NCBI GenBank assembly: GCA_016618085.1
Contig: JABLTG010000029.1
Span: forward strand, 62,001 to 126,000
Length of the DNA stretch: 64,000 bases
Direction of reading: 5' to 3'
Source of the DNA: Neovahlkampfia damariscottae
Taxonomy: Eukaryota
Shown here: piece by piece, positions 24,279 through 34,798 of the stretch
Numbering within the stretch: the stretch's first letter is position 1
Layout: each line of letters begins with the position of its first letter
Notes under the pieces: model-generated
Seen by the model: the letters and a program-made list of their open reading frames with translations, nothing else
What the model was told of the DNA's origin: nothing
Databases searched by the model: none
Made by a program: the position numbers and the translations under genes

Positions 24279-24950
24279 ATGATTATGACAATGGAGCAAA
24301 AAGAAGAATGGTTTGAATTTGATTTCGAAATGAATTTAAAAGTTGTAAAACAAAATGGCAGTTTCACAACAAGTGAAGGTAAAAAAAGATCATTTTAAAA
24401 AAAATCAAGCAATTATTGGCTTATCAAAGAAAGAATTCTCTAAATTATTAGAAAATCAAGACTATCTTGAATATCAAAATAGTTTTGTTGGATTAAAAAA
24501 ATCAAAAATTTCAGGAGAAAAAGAATTTGATGATTGTTTCATCAAGAAAATCATTCAATCTCCTTTACAAGAAATACCTTCCATCATTCAATGGTATTTA
24601 GCATCAGATCAATTAGAATATTTTGCTTTTGAAAAAGTATTCAAAAATCAAGATTTGACTCAATTTTTTGTTATTCCTCCCATCATGAGTGGTCAGTTTT
24701 GTTAATTTCTAAAATTTTGAAATAGAATACATCAAAATCGGAGGGGATATTGAATTATTTGAAATTGATGAATTCAGTTGTAAACAAGTTATGACTACTT
24801 ATATTTATGCTGATTTTTGGGGTTTGTCAGAAATTGATTAACTTTTTTGAAGGTGGATCAATGTTAAGTGAATTAATTTCATCATCTACATCTAAATGTT
24901 TAGATACTGTCCCAAGTGCAGTCAACCAATGGTTGAAAATGAACAAATAA
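24279..24950 (+). CDS. Hypothetical protein, possible SRPBCC/DUF2505-like fold
   Basis: Three introns give MIMTMEQKEEWF...IKIGGDIELFEIDEFSCKQ..ADFWGGGSMLSELI..NQWLKMNK. The fold call is weak. Confidence 0.5.
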
Positions 24951-24976
24951 CAACATTAAATTTTTCTAGAGAATGT

Positions 24977-25949
24977 TTATTTTTCTAAAATATCAAATGA
25001 TCTATCAAACTCTATCAACTGTAATTCTTTCATCAGTTGTTCTAGAAATTCATCAGTTTTCGAAAAACTACGAATGGTTGATTGTTTATCATCTGGGAAT
25101 GTTTTAGTAATTTTCAATAACTTACAAGGTGTAATTTGAAGATTTACAATGACATTTTTACATTTTGAATTGTAAAAAGGTAATTCACATGCTGGTGAAA
25201 CTCTCATACTAGATCCTAAAATAATGGTTAAATCAGCTTGTTTTGAAGTGGCGATTGCTTTCGACAATTCTTTTTTTGGAAGTTGTTCTCCAAAAGCTAC
25301 AACTGTATCTCGGAGCATTCCTTTACATATTTCACAATGTCTACCAGTCAAGTGTGTCCAAGGTTCTTCAACAGTACTAGTAACACAATAATTACGAAAG
25401 TGTTCTTTTTCACATTTGATACAATCTTCTTTGTATAAGTTTCCATGTAACTCTGATAAATCATCTCCATTTATACCTGATCTTCGGTGTAATCCATCAC
25501 AATTTGTTGATACAATATGTTTTACAAACCCTTTGTTGATTAATTCTTTGAGTGCATAATGAGCATACGTTGGAAGTGCTTGTTCGACTGATACTGTATT
25601 TTCTATTGTTTTTCCTTGATCTTTTAAAGTCCAAACACCTTTTGGTCCTCTAAATTGTTAAAAATAGAAAATGTAAAAACCTGAAGTCTGGAATCTTGGC
25701 AGACGTTGAAATACCAGCACCAGTATAAACAACAACATGTTTTGATTTTTTAATTAATTTTGTTAATTCTTTCACGTTTTTTTTTAAAGTTGCTTCATCA
25801 TCAAAATGTTCGGTTATTTCTTGTTGTGTCAAGTGAGAAGTTGTGACTTCATCTTTTTCTCCAATGATATCAATTAAGTTTGTTTCTACAGTTTTAACTT
25901 GTTTCATTGAAGATTTGTCATATTGTTGTAAGCAGTCCAAGAGAGACAT
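24977..25949 (-). CDS. Class IV sirtuin with an N-terminal beta-thymosin/WH2-like extension
   Basis: YTGAGISTSAKIPDFR-GPKGVWT, STNCDGLHRRSG, LHGN, CIKC..CEIC and LGSSMRVSPA; two introns. Confidence 0.9.
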
Positions 25950-26052
25950 TTCTTTTCTGTTTTTTTGTCTGCATTTTTCTCTTTGAATTTATTGGTTGAA
26001 ATATTATTTTTAGAAATGTATTTTTAGAATTGTATTTTTAGATCAAAGTTTA

Positions 26053-26376
26053 TTAATTTTTCATTATTTTTTCGATGTAATTTAATTCAAACAACAAATT
26101 TCTCAATGATTTTTCTTTCATTTCAATTTGTTGTTTCAACACTTGACATTTTGTACCATACTCTTGATATTTTTGATCTTTGAGCATTAATTTATGATTG
26201 CATTGTTTAATTGAATGTTCTACAAAAATTGTTCTTCTTGAAAAATCTTTAACATGGTCCATATAGTTGTCAGTTTGAATGAGAAGTCTTTGAGCAGCTG
26301 TTGAATCAGCAGTAACAAAAGAAATGATGAAAAAGAAGAAAATAAGGTAAACCATCATAATTGACTTCAAATTCAT
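26053..26376 (-). CDS. Small secreted or anchored coiled-coil protein
   Basis: Hydrophobic N-terminus followed by a heptad-like helix. Confidence 0.5.
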   Translation of the reverse strand: MNLKSIMMVYLIFFFFIISFVTADSTAAQRLLIQTDNYMDHVKDFSRRTIFVEHSIKQCNHKLMLKDQKYQEYGTKCQVLKQQIEMKEKSLRNLLFELNYIEKIMKN

Positions 26377-26454
26377 TGAAAGGATGAAATAATTTAATTT
26401 GTGGTTGAAATTCAAAATTGTAATTTATTTGGAATTCCATTCATCCTGAAATTT

Positions 26455-27471
26455 CTAATTATATTCCACAGTTAATTCACCTGTTTCTTCATTAAAAAAT
26501 CTATTCTTTCTAGATGATGATGTTATAAATCTTCCCATGATTCCAAAGAATGTTAAGAATCTAAATGCTTGATTATTTCCTTCCACTGATACTACATTTG
26601 GAACAATAAAATCAGCAACAACATCAGCCTCTTCTGCCATAATATTCAATATTTTCTTTGATTTTAAAGTCATATCATCTTTTTTTCCAACCAAAAGATC
26701 AGTAACAACCTTCAAAAAAATAAAGAATTAATCAATAAAATCAAACCATGCCAGGTTGAATGATGTGGATTCCAACATTTGTGTCTTTCATTTGAGTTGC
26801 CAATTGTTTGGTAAAATAGCTCAATCCATATTTACTCGCTCCATAAACAGACAATAAAGGAAAATCTCTTCCATCTGAACCAGCACCTTCAAACATGAAA
26901 ATATGACCACCTTTTTCTTGTTTTTCAAGAACAGGCAATAAATATTTACAACAATACATTGAACCTTTCATATTTACATCAATACAAGATTCAATTACAT
27001 CATCAGGAATATCTTGTAACTTTGAACTACCTTGTGCCATTCCTGCATTATTTATCTGAAAAAAAAGTCAGTGAACAATGAAGAAATATACCCAGACATC
27101 AATAGTTTTAAATTTGTCTTCACAAAATTTAATGAAGTTTTTAACATCATCCGGTTTTGTAACGTCACAAACCATTCCATCTAAATTTTTACTGTTTATG
27201 CTTTCAATTGCTGATGTGATTCCTTTTTGATTTCTGGCACAAATTAATACGTTATGGTTCAATGCTAAGAATTTTTTTGTCATAGCCAAACCAATTCTTT
27301 TGTTTTAAATTTTTTTTTTCTTTTTTACCCTTTTGAACCACCTGTGATGACTATATTTAATGTTTTCTTGTTTTTTAATGAATTCTTGTAGGTTTTAAAG
27401 AAGGACATCAAGTAATAGATCACAACAAGAAAAACCAAAAAAATGATTAAATAAACAAACAAAGACATCAT
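26455..27471 (-). CDS. Short-chain dehydrogenase/reductase resembling chlorophyll b reductase NOL/NYC1
   Basis: N-terminal TM, ITGGSKGIG, WINNAG, GHIFMFEGAGSDGR..YGASK, PGMVVTDLL, NIMAE..VVADFIVPN and RKNRF. Confidence 0.85.
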
Positions 27472-27548
27472 CAACCAATAAAAAAAAGTCCGACCAATTT
27501 AATCTCCGGATTCATCCGACAAAAACAGAAATCCCTGTTCATTTATTT

Positions 27549-28468
27549 TTATCCATAAATCCAATCTTTTTCTTTCCTACAAGCTTCTGGATTTATATTT
27601 ATCAAATCCATATCTGATTGAACAGGATTATCATGTTCATCAAAAACACCCCCGACATGAAATTTCATAAATCTTCTTGTTGGAAAAGGTCTTCCACCCC
27701 ATTTAAAACAATGAAAAGAATCATGAGAAATCATTTGATTTTTGACAATTGGATAAAGATATTTTGACAAAAAATCCATGTCACCTCTGTAGCTTTTCCA
27801 ATCATAATTTTTGGATAACTCAATTAAATTTGGTATTTTTGAACGTACTCCACCCCACATTCCACCCTTTGAAATTTAAAAAACATTGAAAAACAAACAT
27901 TAAAAGCGTAGTTATGATTTGGGTGATCTCTCATTGAATGAACAGGTATTCCACTTGCAATCCATTCATCAATAGCTGATTTTTCACGGATATTCAATCT
28001 TGAATCAGAGTCTCTGATGATAAATCTATCAACACTTTTATCTGTTGAAACAAAAAATCTCCAAAACATACCACGAATCGAACCTGTGAAATTTTTATCA
28101 TCCATATATACAATTTCCGCTCCTTTTTCTTTCAATTTCTTGATAATGTGATCTGGTACTGTTTTGTCAACATAAAATCTACAAATCCAATCTGGAAAAA
28201 TTTGTTTTTGTAATTCCACGTTTCTTATTGCTCCAATGGTGTATTTTGGATTATTTCCATATAATCCAAATGATATTATTTTCTTCTCTGGATTTTTTAA
28301 ATTTTTGTGATGCTCCAGCTCCATAGTTTTGTTTGTAAATTTTTTTTCAATATAATAAATCTCTGTTGTTGGGCATGTTTCATTATTTTTTAAAAATATA
28401 TAACCAAGTGATGCTATATAACATAATAAAGTTATTCCAAACAACATTTTAAAAAAAGTTGCTTGCAT
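27549..28468 (-). CDS. Type II membrane protein, putative glycosyltransferase-like
   Basis: TM anchor, then IISFGLYG..KY..GAIRN, MFWRF, FIIRDSDSR (DxD), MRDHPNH, GGMWG, DMDFL and HDSFHC. Confidence 0.7.
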
Positions 28469-28645
28469 CTCCACTCACAAACAGGAACAACAAACGAATT
28501 TTATTGGATGACTCAATGAGTCGCATTTGAATAAAACAAAAATGGTTAAACAATAAATCTTCTTTTTTGTAGTATAATCAAACCATTTGATTTCAAAGAA
28601 TTAATTGAAAATTAAAAGCGTTGATGTGGTTAATAATAGATTTAT

Positions 28646-29162
28646 TTAAAGAACAGATTGTTCATTTTCATCATCAACTTGTACATCATATTCTGTGCCT
28701 TGAAATTTTGGTGATTTACATTCTTGAACAAAATCAACAATACAAGTCAAAACAGAAATAATTAACATAAAAAATTCAACAATAAGAGCCATTCTCCAAG
28801 CAGCACCACGAACTTCAAATGATAATAAAAATGTCCAGTGTCCAAAAAGTAATAATGAAATAATAAAGTGAGTGAGACCTGACATAGCAAAACTCCAAAT
28901 TGAAACAATAAAACCAAATAATGATATGAAAGGAAGTACTTGACATGGGTACAAGAAAATATAATCAGATGCTGTGTGTGGTTCTAAAAACATGACAAAA
29001 GGTGTGATCTAAAAAATAAAAAAAACAAAATTATTTTACGCATGAAATGACTGAAAATATTAAAGCAAATGCCAACAAAAAAAGTCTACAAATTAAAAAA
29101 ATTTTGTTTTGCTCTTTGAAACGAACAAGAAGACCAACAAAATGTTCTCTAACAGCAGACAT
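28646..29162 (-). CDS. Small multi-pass membrane protein
   Basis: ATG 29162 with one intron into hydrophobic ORF 28646..28993. Confidence 0.6.
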
Positions 29163-29367
29163 GTTTTTTGGTTAGAGTTTTGATTGGATCAAATTTCATG
29201 GAAGAGTCGAATCAATTTGAGAAACTCTTTTCAGTGTTTCATCATTGATTGAGCTGAATAATCGTTATTGAAGCTTTTTTATCTCTAACAGTGTTTTTTT
29301 TCAACCCAAAATCAAACACCAAACATATTTTTCTGCAACATTCGAACATTTAGGAGATTTTTTGCAC

Positions 29368-29443
29368 AGTTTTATTCAATTCAAAAGATCCAGTTAACTT
29401 TTCAAAGTTTTATTCAATTCTAAAAATCCAGCTAACTTTCCAA
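29368..29443. repeat. Imperfect 38-bp tandem duplication, intergenic
   Basis: agttttattcaattcaaaagatccagttaacttttcaa followed by agttttattcaattctaaaaatccagctaactttccaa. Confidence 0.8.
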
Positions 29444-29531
29444 AACTGGTTCTAAACCACTTTCATTGGTCCATAAATCCTCTTCGATTTTGAAAAAAAC
29501 TCACACCAGTTTTTCACATAACCAATTTCAC

Positions 29532-30275
29532 ATGAAGACAATACTATTATTGATAACGTTTATTTATATAATTTCAGCCCAAAATATTATCAAATTTTCA
29601 TCCTCTGATACAGCCTGTGTAGTTGCTTCAAAAGTATCGATTATCACACCAAAATGCTCAAACACAACGATAGGATATACTACAACAATATGTAATTCAA
29701 CACATGTTATGGATAAAATATGCTCAGATAGTTCATGCAATGAGAATTGTTATGAATCAAATTTCCTTGAAATTGATAGGTGTTATCTGGAGCCAGGAAT
29801 TAGAAACTCAGTCCGTTATGGATGTGGTGATTATAAATTTAAAAGAGAAGGATCAACAACAGCTGTTTATTTTTCAGATAAACAATGCTCGAAACCAACT
29901 GGAGAAACAGTAGTTTCAGAAGGTTGTCATCTTGAAAATAAGCAAGCATCACTATTGAGTTGCTCAAGAAGTTTTTTTCATCCTTTAGGTTATTTTTCAA
30001 AAACAACGTATAATGGTACCACATGCACCACCAATGTGGATCAAGTGAAAGAATACCAAAGAGGAGAATGTATCTCTGAAAATAATGTTCATTTTATGAT
30101 TACTGCATGTAATACACAACCAGTAGATCAAATTTTAGTTGTAGTTGTTTCCTTAGGGGCAATACTTATTGGTTGTTTTGGATTTTTTTCAATGTCATTG
30201 TTATTCGCTTTCTTATCATCTAAATTGAGAGGACCTGATGAAGAAGAAGTTGAAGAAGGATACAATGAAATCTAA
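29532..30275 (+). CDS. Cys-rich single-pass surface protein
   Basis: Signal peptide, two Cys-patterned repeats (SSSDTAC and FSDKQC), a TM and an acidic tail ending GYNEI. Confidence 0.75.
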   Translation: MKTILLLITFIYIISAQNIIKFSSSDTACVVASKVSIITPKCSNTTIGYTTTICNSTHVMDKICSDSSCNENCYESNFLEIDRCYLEPGIRNSVRYGCGDYKFKREGSTTAVYFSDKQCSKPTGETVVSEGCHLENKQASLLSCSRSFFHPLGYFSKTTYNGTTCTTNVDQVKEYQRGECISENNVHFMITACNTQPVDQILVVVVSLGAILIGCFGFFSMSLLFAFLSSKLRGPDEEEVEEGYNEI

Positions 30276-30353
30276 TAAGTAAATGAATTAAAATTTAATT
30301 TTTTTCACATCAGATATTTATCATTTGATTTTCTGTTTTCGCCAATCAAAATC

Positions 30354-32798
30354 ATGCAAAGATTGATCTTGTTCAAACTGAATAACTTTCATTTCAGCAA
30401 AATATATACTTTTAAAAGTTCTTTAGGAAGGAATTATTCCAAAATTTTAAGATTCAAAGATATAAAACCAGAACATTTTTCACAAGTCGGGGAGAAAAAT
30501 GAAATCCTGAGCAAGATTTACAATTTACAAAGTTTCATCAAAATTCCAAATGGATTTTGTTTGACCAAGGAAGTATGTTTAGATTTCTTGTACAATTCAG
30601 AATTACCCACCACAACATCCAATGTAAAAGACTTAGTTTCATCAATGAAATCACAAGATGAATTGAAATCATTCATTAATGAAAAAATCCAAAAAACTCA
30701 ATTTTCAAAATTCATAACAGAAACTATTCAACAAAATTATCAAGATTTAGAACGTCAGTATGGAAATCATTGTCCAATAGTAATACGATCAAATGTTAGT
30801 GAAGAATATGACTTTGAACCATTTTACAACATCAGAGATACAAATGAAATCATGGAAAATTTGAAATCCAAGATATCTGAAATCTATTATTATGTTAGTA
30901 AAGAGACATTTCATTCAAGAACGATTTCGGAAAAAATATTTCACAATATCAGTTTAACACTTCAAAAGATGATTGAATCAAATGAATTTGTTCCTTCTGG
31001 TGTAATGTATAACGTTGATTTTAGAACTGGCTTTAGGAATGCAATTGAAATTTTATCAAATTTTGGGTACTGTGAAGAAATTTTGGACTCAGATCATTAT
31101 GTATGTTTCAAACCAAATGTTGAAAAAGATATCTTTCCAATCATTGAAAAATCAAGAGGTGAAAAATTTTATCGTTCAATTCTTGAAAGAAATGGGAAGA
31201 ATTTACACAAAATTCGTAATTCAACTCCGATTAAATCCAAGTATTGTTTGACTGATGAAGAAATTATATTCTTATCAAAACATGCAATTTCCATTGAAAA
31301 AATGGTCGAAGGAAATAATGTTGAATTGAAAATAAAATGGGCTAAAGATGCAAAAACGAAAGACATCTACATAATAAATGTGAAAGAGATGAAGAAAATT
31401 TCCAGATTATCAAATGAAAATTGGATTACTGAATATGATCTATTGGATAAGAATCAAAAGGAAATATTAATTGGAGATTCAATAAATGACAGAATAGTTT
31501 CAGGAAAAGTGTTAAATATCAAAAAAATGGATAATTTCAAACCTGGAAGAATTTTGGTTACAAATTCCACCAATCATCAATGGAATCAAGCATTGAAACG
31601 ATCAAAAGGATTAATAACAGAAAATGATCAAAAATTCAGTCATGGTCCATTATTTACCAAATCTCAAGGAATTCCATGCATTTTTGGAGCTCAAAAGGCA
31701 ACTCAAATTTTAAGAAATGGACAAACAATTACAATGGATGGGAATACAGGTAAAGTTTACTCAGGGAAATTAGATTTCAAAATTTCTCAGCATGATTTAA
31801 TATTGATGCCAAAAACTCAAACAAAAATCATGATGAAAATGGAAAGACCAGAAGAAGCTTTCAAGTATTCATTTGTGCCAAATTCAGGAGTTGGAATGTT
31901 AAAAATAGATACAATTTTGAAAAGAATTGGTATTCATCCAATGTCTATTTTACATCCTTATCGTCTTCAAAAAAGAGATCAAATCAAATTAAACCAAATG
32001 ACAATGCAATACCCAGAAAAGAAAGAATTCTTCGTGGAGAAATTATCAAATGGAATTTCTTCTATATGTGCCGCATTTTATCCAAAACCTGTTGTTGTCA
32101 GTTTTTCTGATATGATGACTTCAGAATATTCAAATTTGTTGGGAGGTGAAACTTTTGAACCAAAAGAAAGAAATCCTGTTTTGGGATTAAGAGGAGCAAG
32201 AAGATATCTCAGTGATAGTTATAAAGAAGCTTTTACATTAGAATGTGAAGCAATCAAAAGAGTTAGAGAAAAAATGAAATTTGACAATATCCAACTAATC
32301 ATACCAATGTGTAGAACTGTAGAAATGGGTAAACTGATCCTTGAAGAGTTAAAAACAAATGAATTGGAAAAGAATGAAAATTTGAAAATATTTCTTATTT
32401 GTGAACTTCCTTCTCATATTTTTCAGTTGGATCAATTTTTAGAATTGTTTGATGGTTATAGTATAGGTACAAATGATTTAACTCAAATGATATTGGGTAT
32501 TGATAAAGCAATCAAATGGGAAATGATTTCAAAAATTTATGATGAAAAAAATTCGGTGATTAAAAATATCATTGCAAATACAATTGAAAAAGTTTTGAAA
32601 AAAAAGAAATACATTAATATTTGTGGAGATGCTGTCTCTGAATATCCTGATTTTACTGAATTTTTAATAGAAAATGAAATTGATGCAGTGACAATCAATC
32701 CAAATTCAATGATAAAATCAATTCATTTGATTCATGAAAAAGAAACTTTAATATCACGAATATTTGCCAAAAAACCTGAAATTTTTAGTTCAGGATAA
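30354..32798 (+). CDS. PEP synthase (pyruvate,water dikinase)-like protein with degenerate active sites and a mitochondrial-type presequence
   Basis: Three-domain PpsA layout: VGEKN, IPNGF, SGVM; SH..GIPCIFG; ERNPVLGLRGARRY, CELPS, FDGYSIGTNDLTQM, ICG. Intronless. Confidence 0.85.
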   Translation: MQRLILFKLNNFHFSKIYTFKSSLGRNYSKILRFKDIKPEHFSQVGEKNEILSKIYNLQSFIKIPNGFCLTKEVCLDFLYNSELPTTTSNVKDLVSSMKSQDELKSFINEKIQKTQFSKFITETIQQNYQDLERQYGNHCPIVIRSNVSEEYDFEPFYNIRDTNEIMENLKSKISEIYYYVSKETFHSRTISEKIFHNISLTLQKMIESNEFVPSGVMYNVDFRTGFRNAIEILSNFGYCEEILDSDHYVCFKPNVEKDIFPIIEKSRGEKFYRSILERNGKNLHKIRNSTPIKSKYCLTDEEIIFLSKHAISIEKMVEGNNVELKIKWAKDAKTKDIYIINVKEMKKISRLSNENWITEYDLLDKNQKEILIGDSINDRIVSGKVLNIKKMDNFKPGRILVTNSTNHQWNQALKRSKGLITENDQKFSHGPLFTKSQGIPCIFGAQKATQILRNGQTITMDGNTGKVYSGKLDFKISQHDLILMPKTQTKIMMKMERPEEAFKYSFVPNSGVGMLKIDTILKRIGIHPMSILHPYRLQKRDQIKLNQMTMQYPEKKEFFVEKLSNGISSICAAFYPKPVVVSFSDMMTSEYSNLLGGETFEPKERNPVLGLRGARRYLSDSYKEAFTLECEAIKRVREKMKFDNIQLIIPMCRTVEMGKLILEELKTNELEKNENLKIFLICELPSHIFQLDQFLELFDGYSIGTNDLTQMILGIDKAIKWEMISKIYDEKNSVIKNIIANTIEKVLKKKKYINICGDAVSEYPDFTEFLIENEIDAVTINPNSMIKSIHLIHEKETLISRIFAKKPEIFSSG

Positions 32799-33753
32799 TT
32801 TCTTCACTCATTTCTAATAAATTTTTTTTCACTTTTGCTCCAAGTTTTGAAGAAAATTCAATTGGGAAATCTAATTCTTTAACTTCATCGGTGAATTGTT
32901 TTTTATCATTCTTATTTTCTTTTCCAAAAATACCATCGAAATACTTTTCAGTTTTATGTAGGTATACCTTTTCTACAGGAAAAACCAATCTTGTAGTGCT
33001 TGAAATAAAAACTTCTTTCCATTCACTTATTTCACTAATTTTTGGTGCTTTGAAAACAACTTCAATATTTTCATCTTTGCATATTTGTAGTATCAATGTT
33101 CTAACTGTTCCAGATATAATTCCTTCATTAGATGTATATAATCTATTGTCATTCATTAAAACAAAAAAATTAGAAGACAATCCTTCATTTGCATGACCTT
33201 CATGATCAACTAGTACAACTTCATTTGATGTTTTACAAAATTTCACATCTTCTATTTGTTTTCTATAACGTACCCATTCAGAATCTTTCGCTAAAATATG
33301 TTTTCTTGAACCTGGAATGAACTCAATAGATCTCTTGATTTTATCATCAAATGCATCATTCAATCTTGAAAAATGAATTAATAAATCACATGAATCATTT
33401 TCCCAAGTTATCAAAATTGTCAATTTCAAATCATCTTTTGTGTTGTCCACTAAAAAACCTTCTTTCAAATTTTTTTTCAGTTCTTCTTGGAGAAGTGCTT
33501 CATTTGTGATTTTTTCAAAACATTTTGGAATATTTTTGTAATTTTCTTTGATCATAATTTGACAAGAATCTGATAATCTTTTGACATGTTGTCGGAGATT
33601 GAAAACATAAAATTTTCCGTTTTCTGTTTTGATTGTTCTAGCGCCTGTATAGGCACCTCTTTGTGATTCTGATAAAAATTTACCAGCATCAATTGTTGTT
33701 TTTAAAAGTTTTCCATTCTTTGTAATGTATGGTAAATTGAACAAATTAGACAT
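32785..33753 (-). CDS. PLP-dependent aminotransferase class IV-like protein
   Basis: GAYTGART, HVKRL, AKDSEW, EGLSSNFF, ISGTVR and EVFISSTTR. Confidence 0.8.
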   Translation of the reverse strand: MSNLFNLPYITKNGKLLKTTIDAGKFLSESQRGAYTGARTIKTENGKFYVFNLRQHVKRLSDSCQIMIKENYKNIPKCFEKITNEALLQEELKKNLKEGFLVDNTKDDLKLTILITWENDSCDLLIHFSRLNDAFDDKIKRSIEFIPGSRKHILAKDSEWVRYRKQIEDVKFCKTSNEVVLVDHEGHANEGLSSNFFVLMNDNRLYTSNEGIISGTVRTLILQICKDENIEVVFKAPKISEISEWKEVFISSTTRLVFPVEKVYLHKTEKYFDGIFGKENKNDKKQFTDEVKELDFPIEFSSKLGAKVKKNLLEMSEEIILN

Positions 33754-33861
33754 TAAAATTGAGCTGATTGGACAACCAAGACTTTTGCTTTTTATGTTTT
33801 TTCTGACAAAAATATTTGTTCTTTTTGATTCAATTGAAGGGTAGTTTTTTGTTTTTTTTCA

Positions 33862-34731
33862 ATGAGCCAATCAAGTGAAATATCAAAAAGAACTGAAGAA
33901 GAAACTGAGGAAGTAAAAACTCTATTTGTAAGCGGATTACCACTTAATGTTCGTGAAAGAGAAATATATTTGTTATTCCAACAATGTCCTGGTTATGATT
34001 CTTCAACTATAAAATTGAAAGCAAAAAGTGCAGTTGCATTTGTACTGTTTGACGACAACAAAACAGCTTCAAATGCAATTGATAAAATCAATGTAATATA
34101 AAAAAGAAACTAACCACTTCAAAAAGGGTACACAATTCGATCCGGATTCTTCAAATAAAATCAAAGTTGAACTTGCAAAAAACAACACAAAAATCCAAAA
34201 AAGAGAAAGATCAACCACTCCAGAGAATCATTCTGAAAAAAGAATGAAACATAATTATCCTCAATCTTCTTTTTTCCAAAGTTTTTCATTTAATTTTTTT
34301 AATTTTTTTTCCAAGATGGTTTTTACAATCCTGTATTGAGTAGAGGTTTATTTCCAATAACACCACCTCCAGGACCTTTAAATATAGAAGAATACTCAAA
34401 TTATTTCAACGATTTTTATTATCAACCATCCAAAGGCTGTAATACAATCTTTATTGCAAATTTAGATTCTTCAATCAAAGAAAAAGATATTTTGGATCTT
34501 TGTTGTAAAATACCTGGTTATTCAAGAGTAAAATACCACAAAAATTAATATCTCTAGATGAAAATGTTAAGAGGTGAAAATAAAAAAGATCCAGTTTGTT
34601 TTGTTGAATTTTATGATGTCAATTATGCACATTCTGCAATCAGAAATTTAACAGGTGTAATTTTAAAAGGAATGAAAAATCCAATCAGAGTTGAATTTGC
34701 AAAAAATGAAATGGGAGAAAAAAAAAAATAA
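33862..34731 (+). CDS. Two-RRM RNA-binding protein (RBPMS/couch potato-like)
   Basis: VKTLFVSGLP..REIYLLF..VAFVLF..IKVELAKNNTK, then CNTIFIANL..PVCFVEF..IRVEFAK. Confidence 0.85.
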
Positions 34732-34798
34732 AATTTTATAACGTTTCAGAATGCACCGATTTTTTTGTGATTAAAAATCTTTATTTTATCATAATTTT

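Noticed and set aside
18171..32798. Carbon-metabolism gene cluster (iPGM, GH1, PFKFB, PEPS-like)
   Set aside because: Interspersed with unrelated genes; chance is plausible in such a gene-dense genome.
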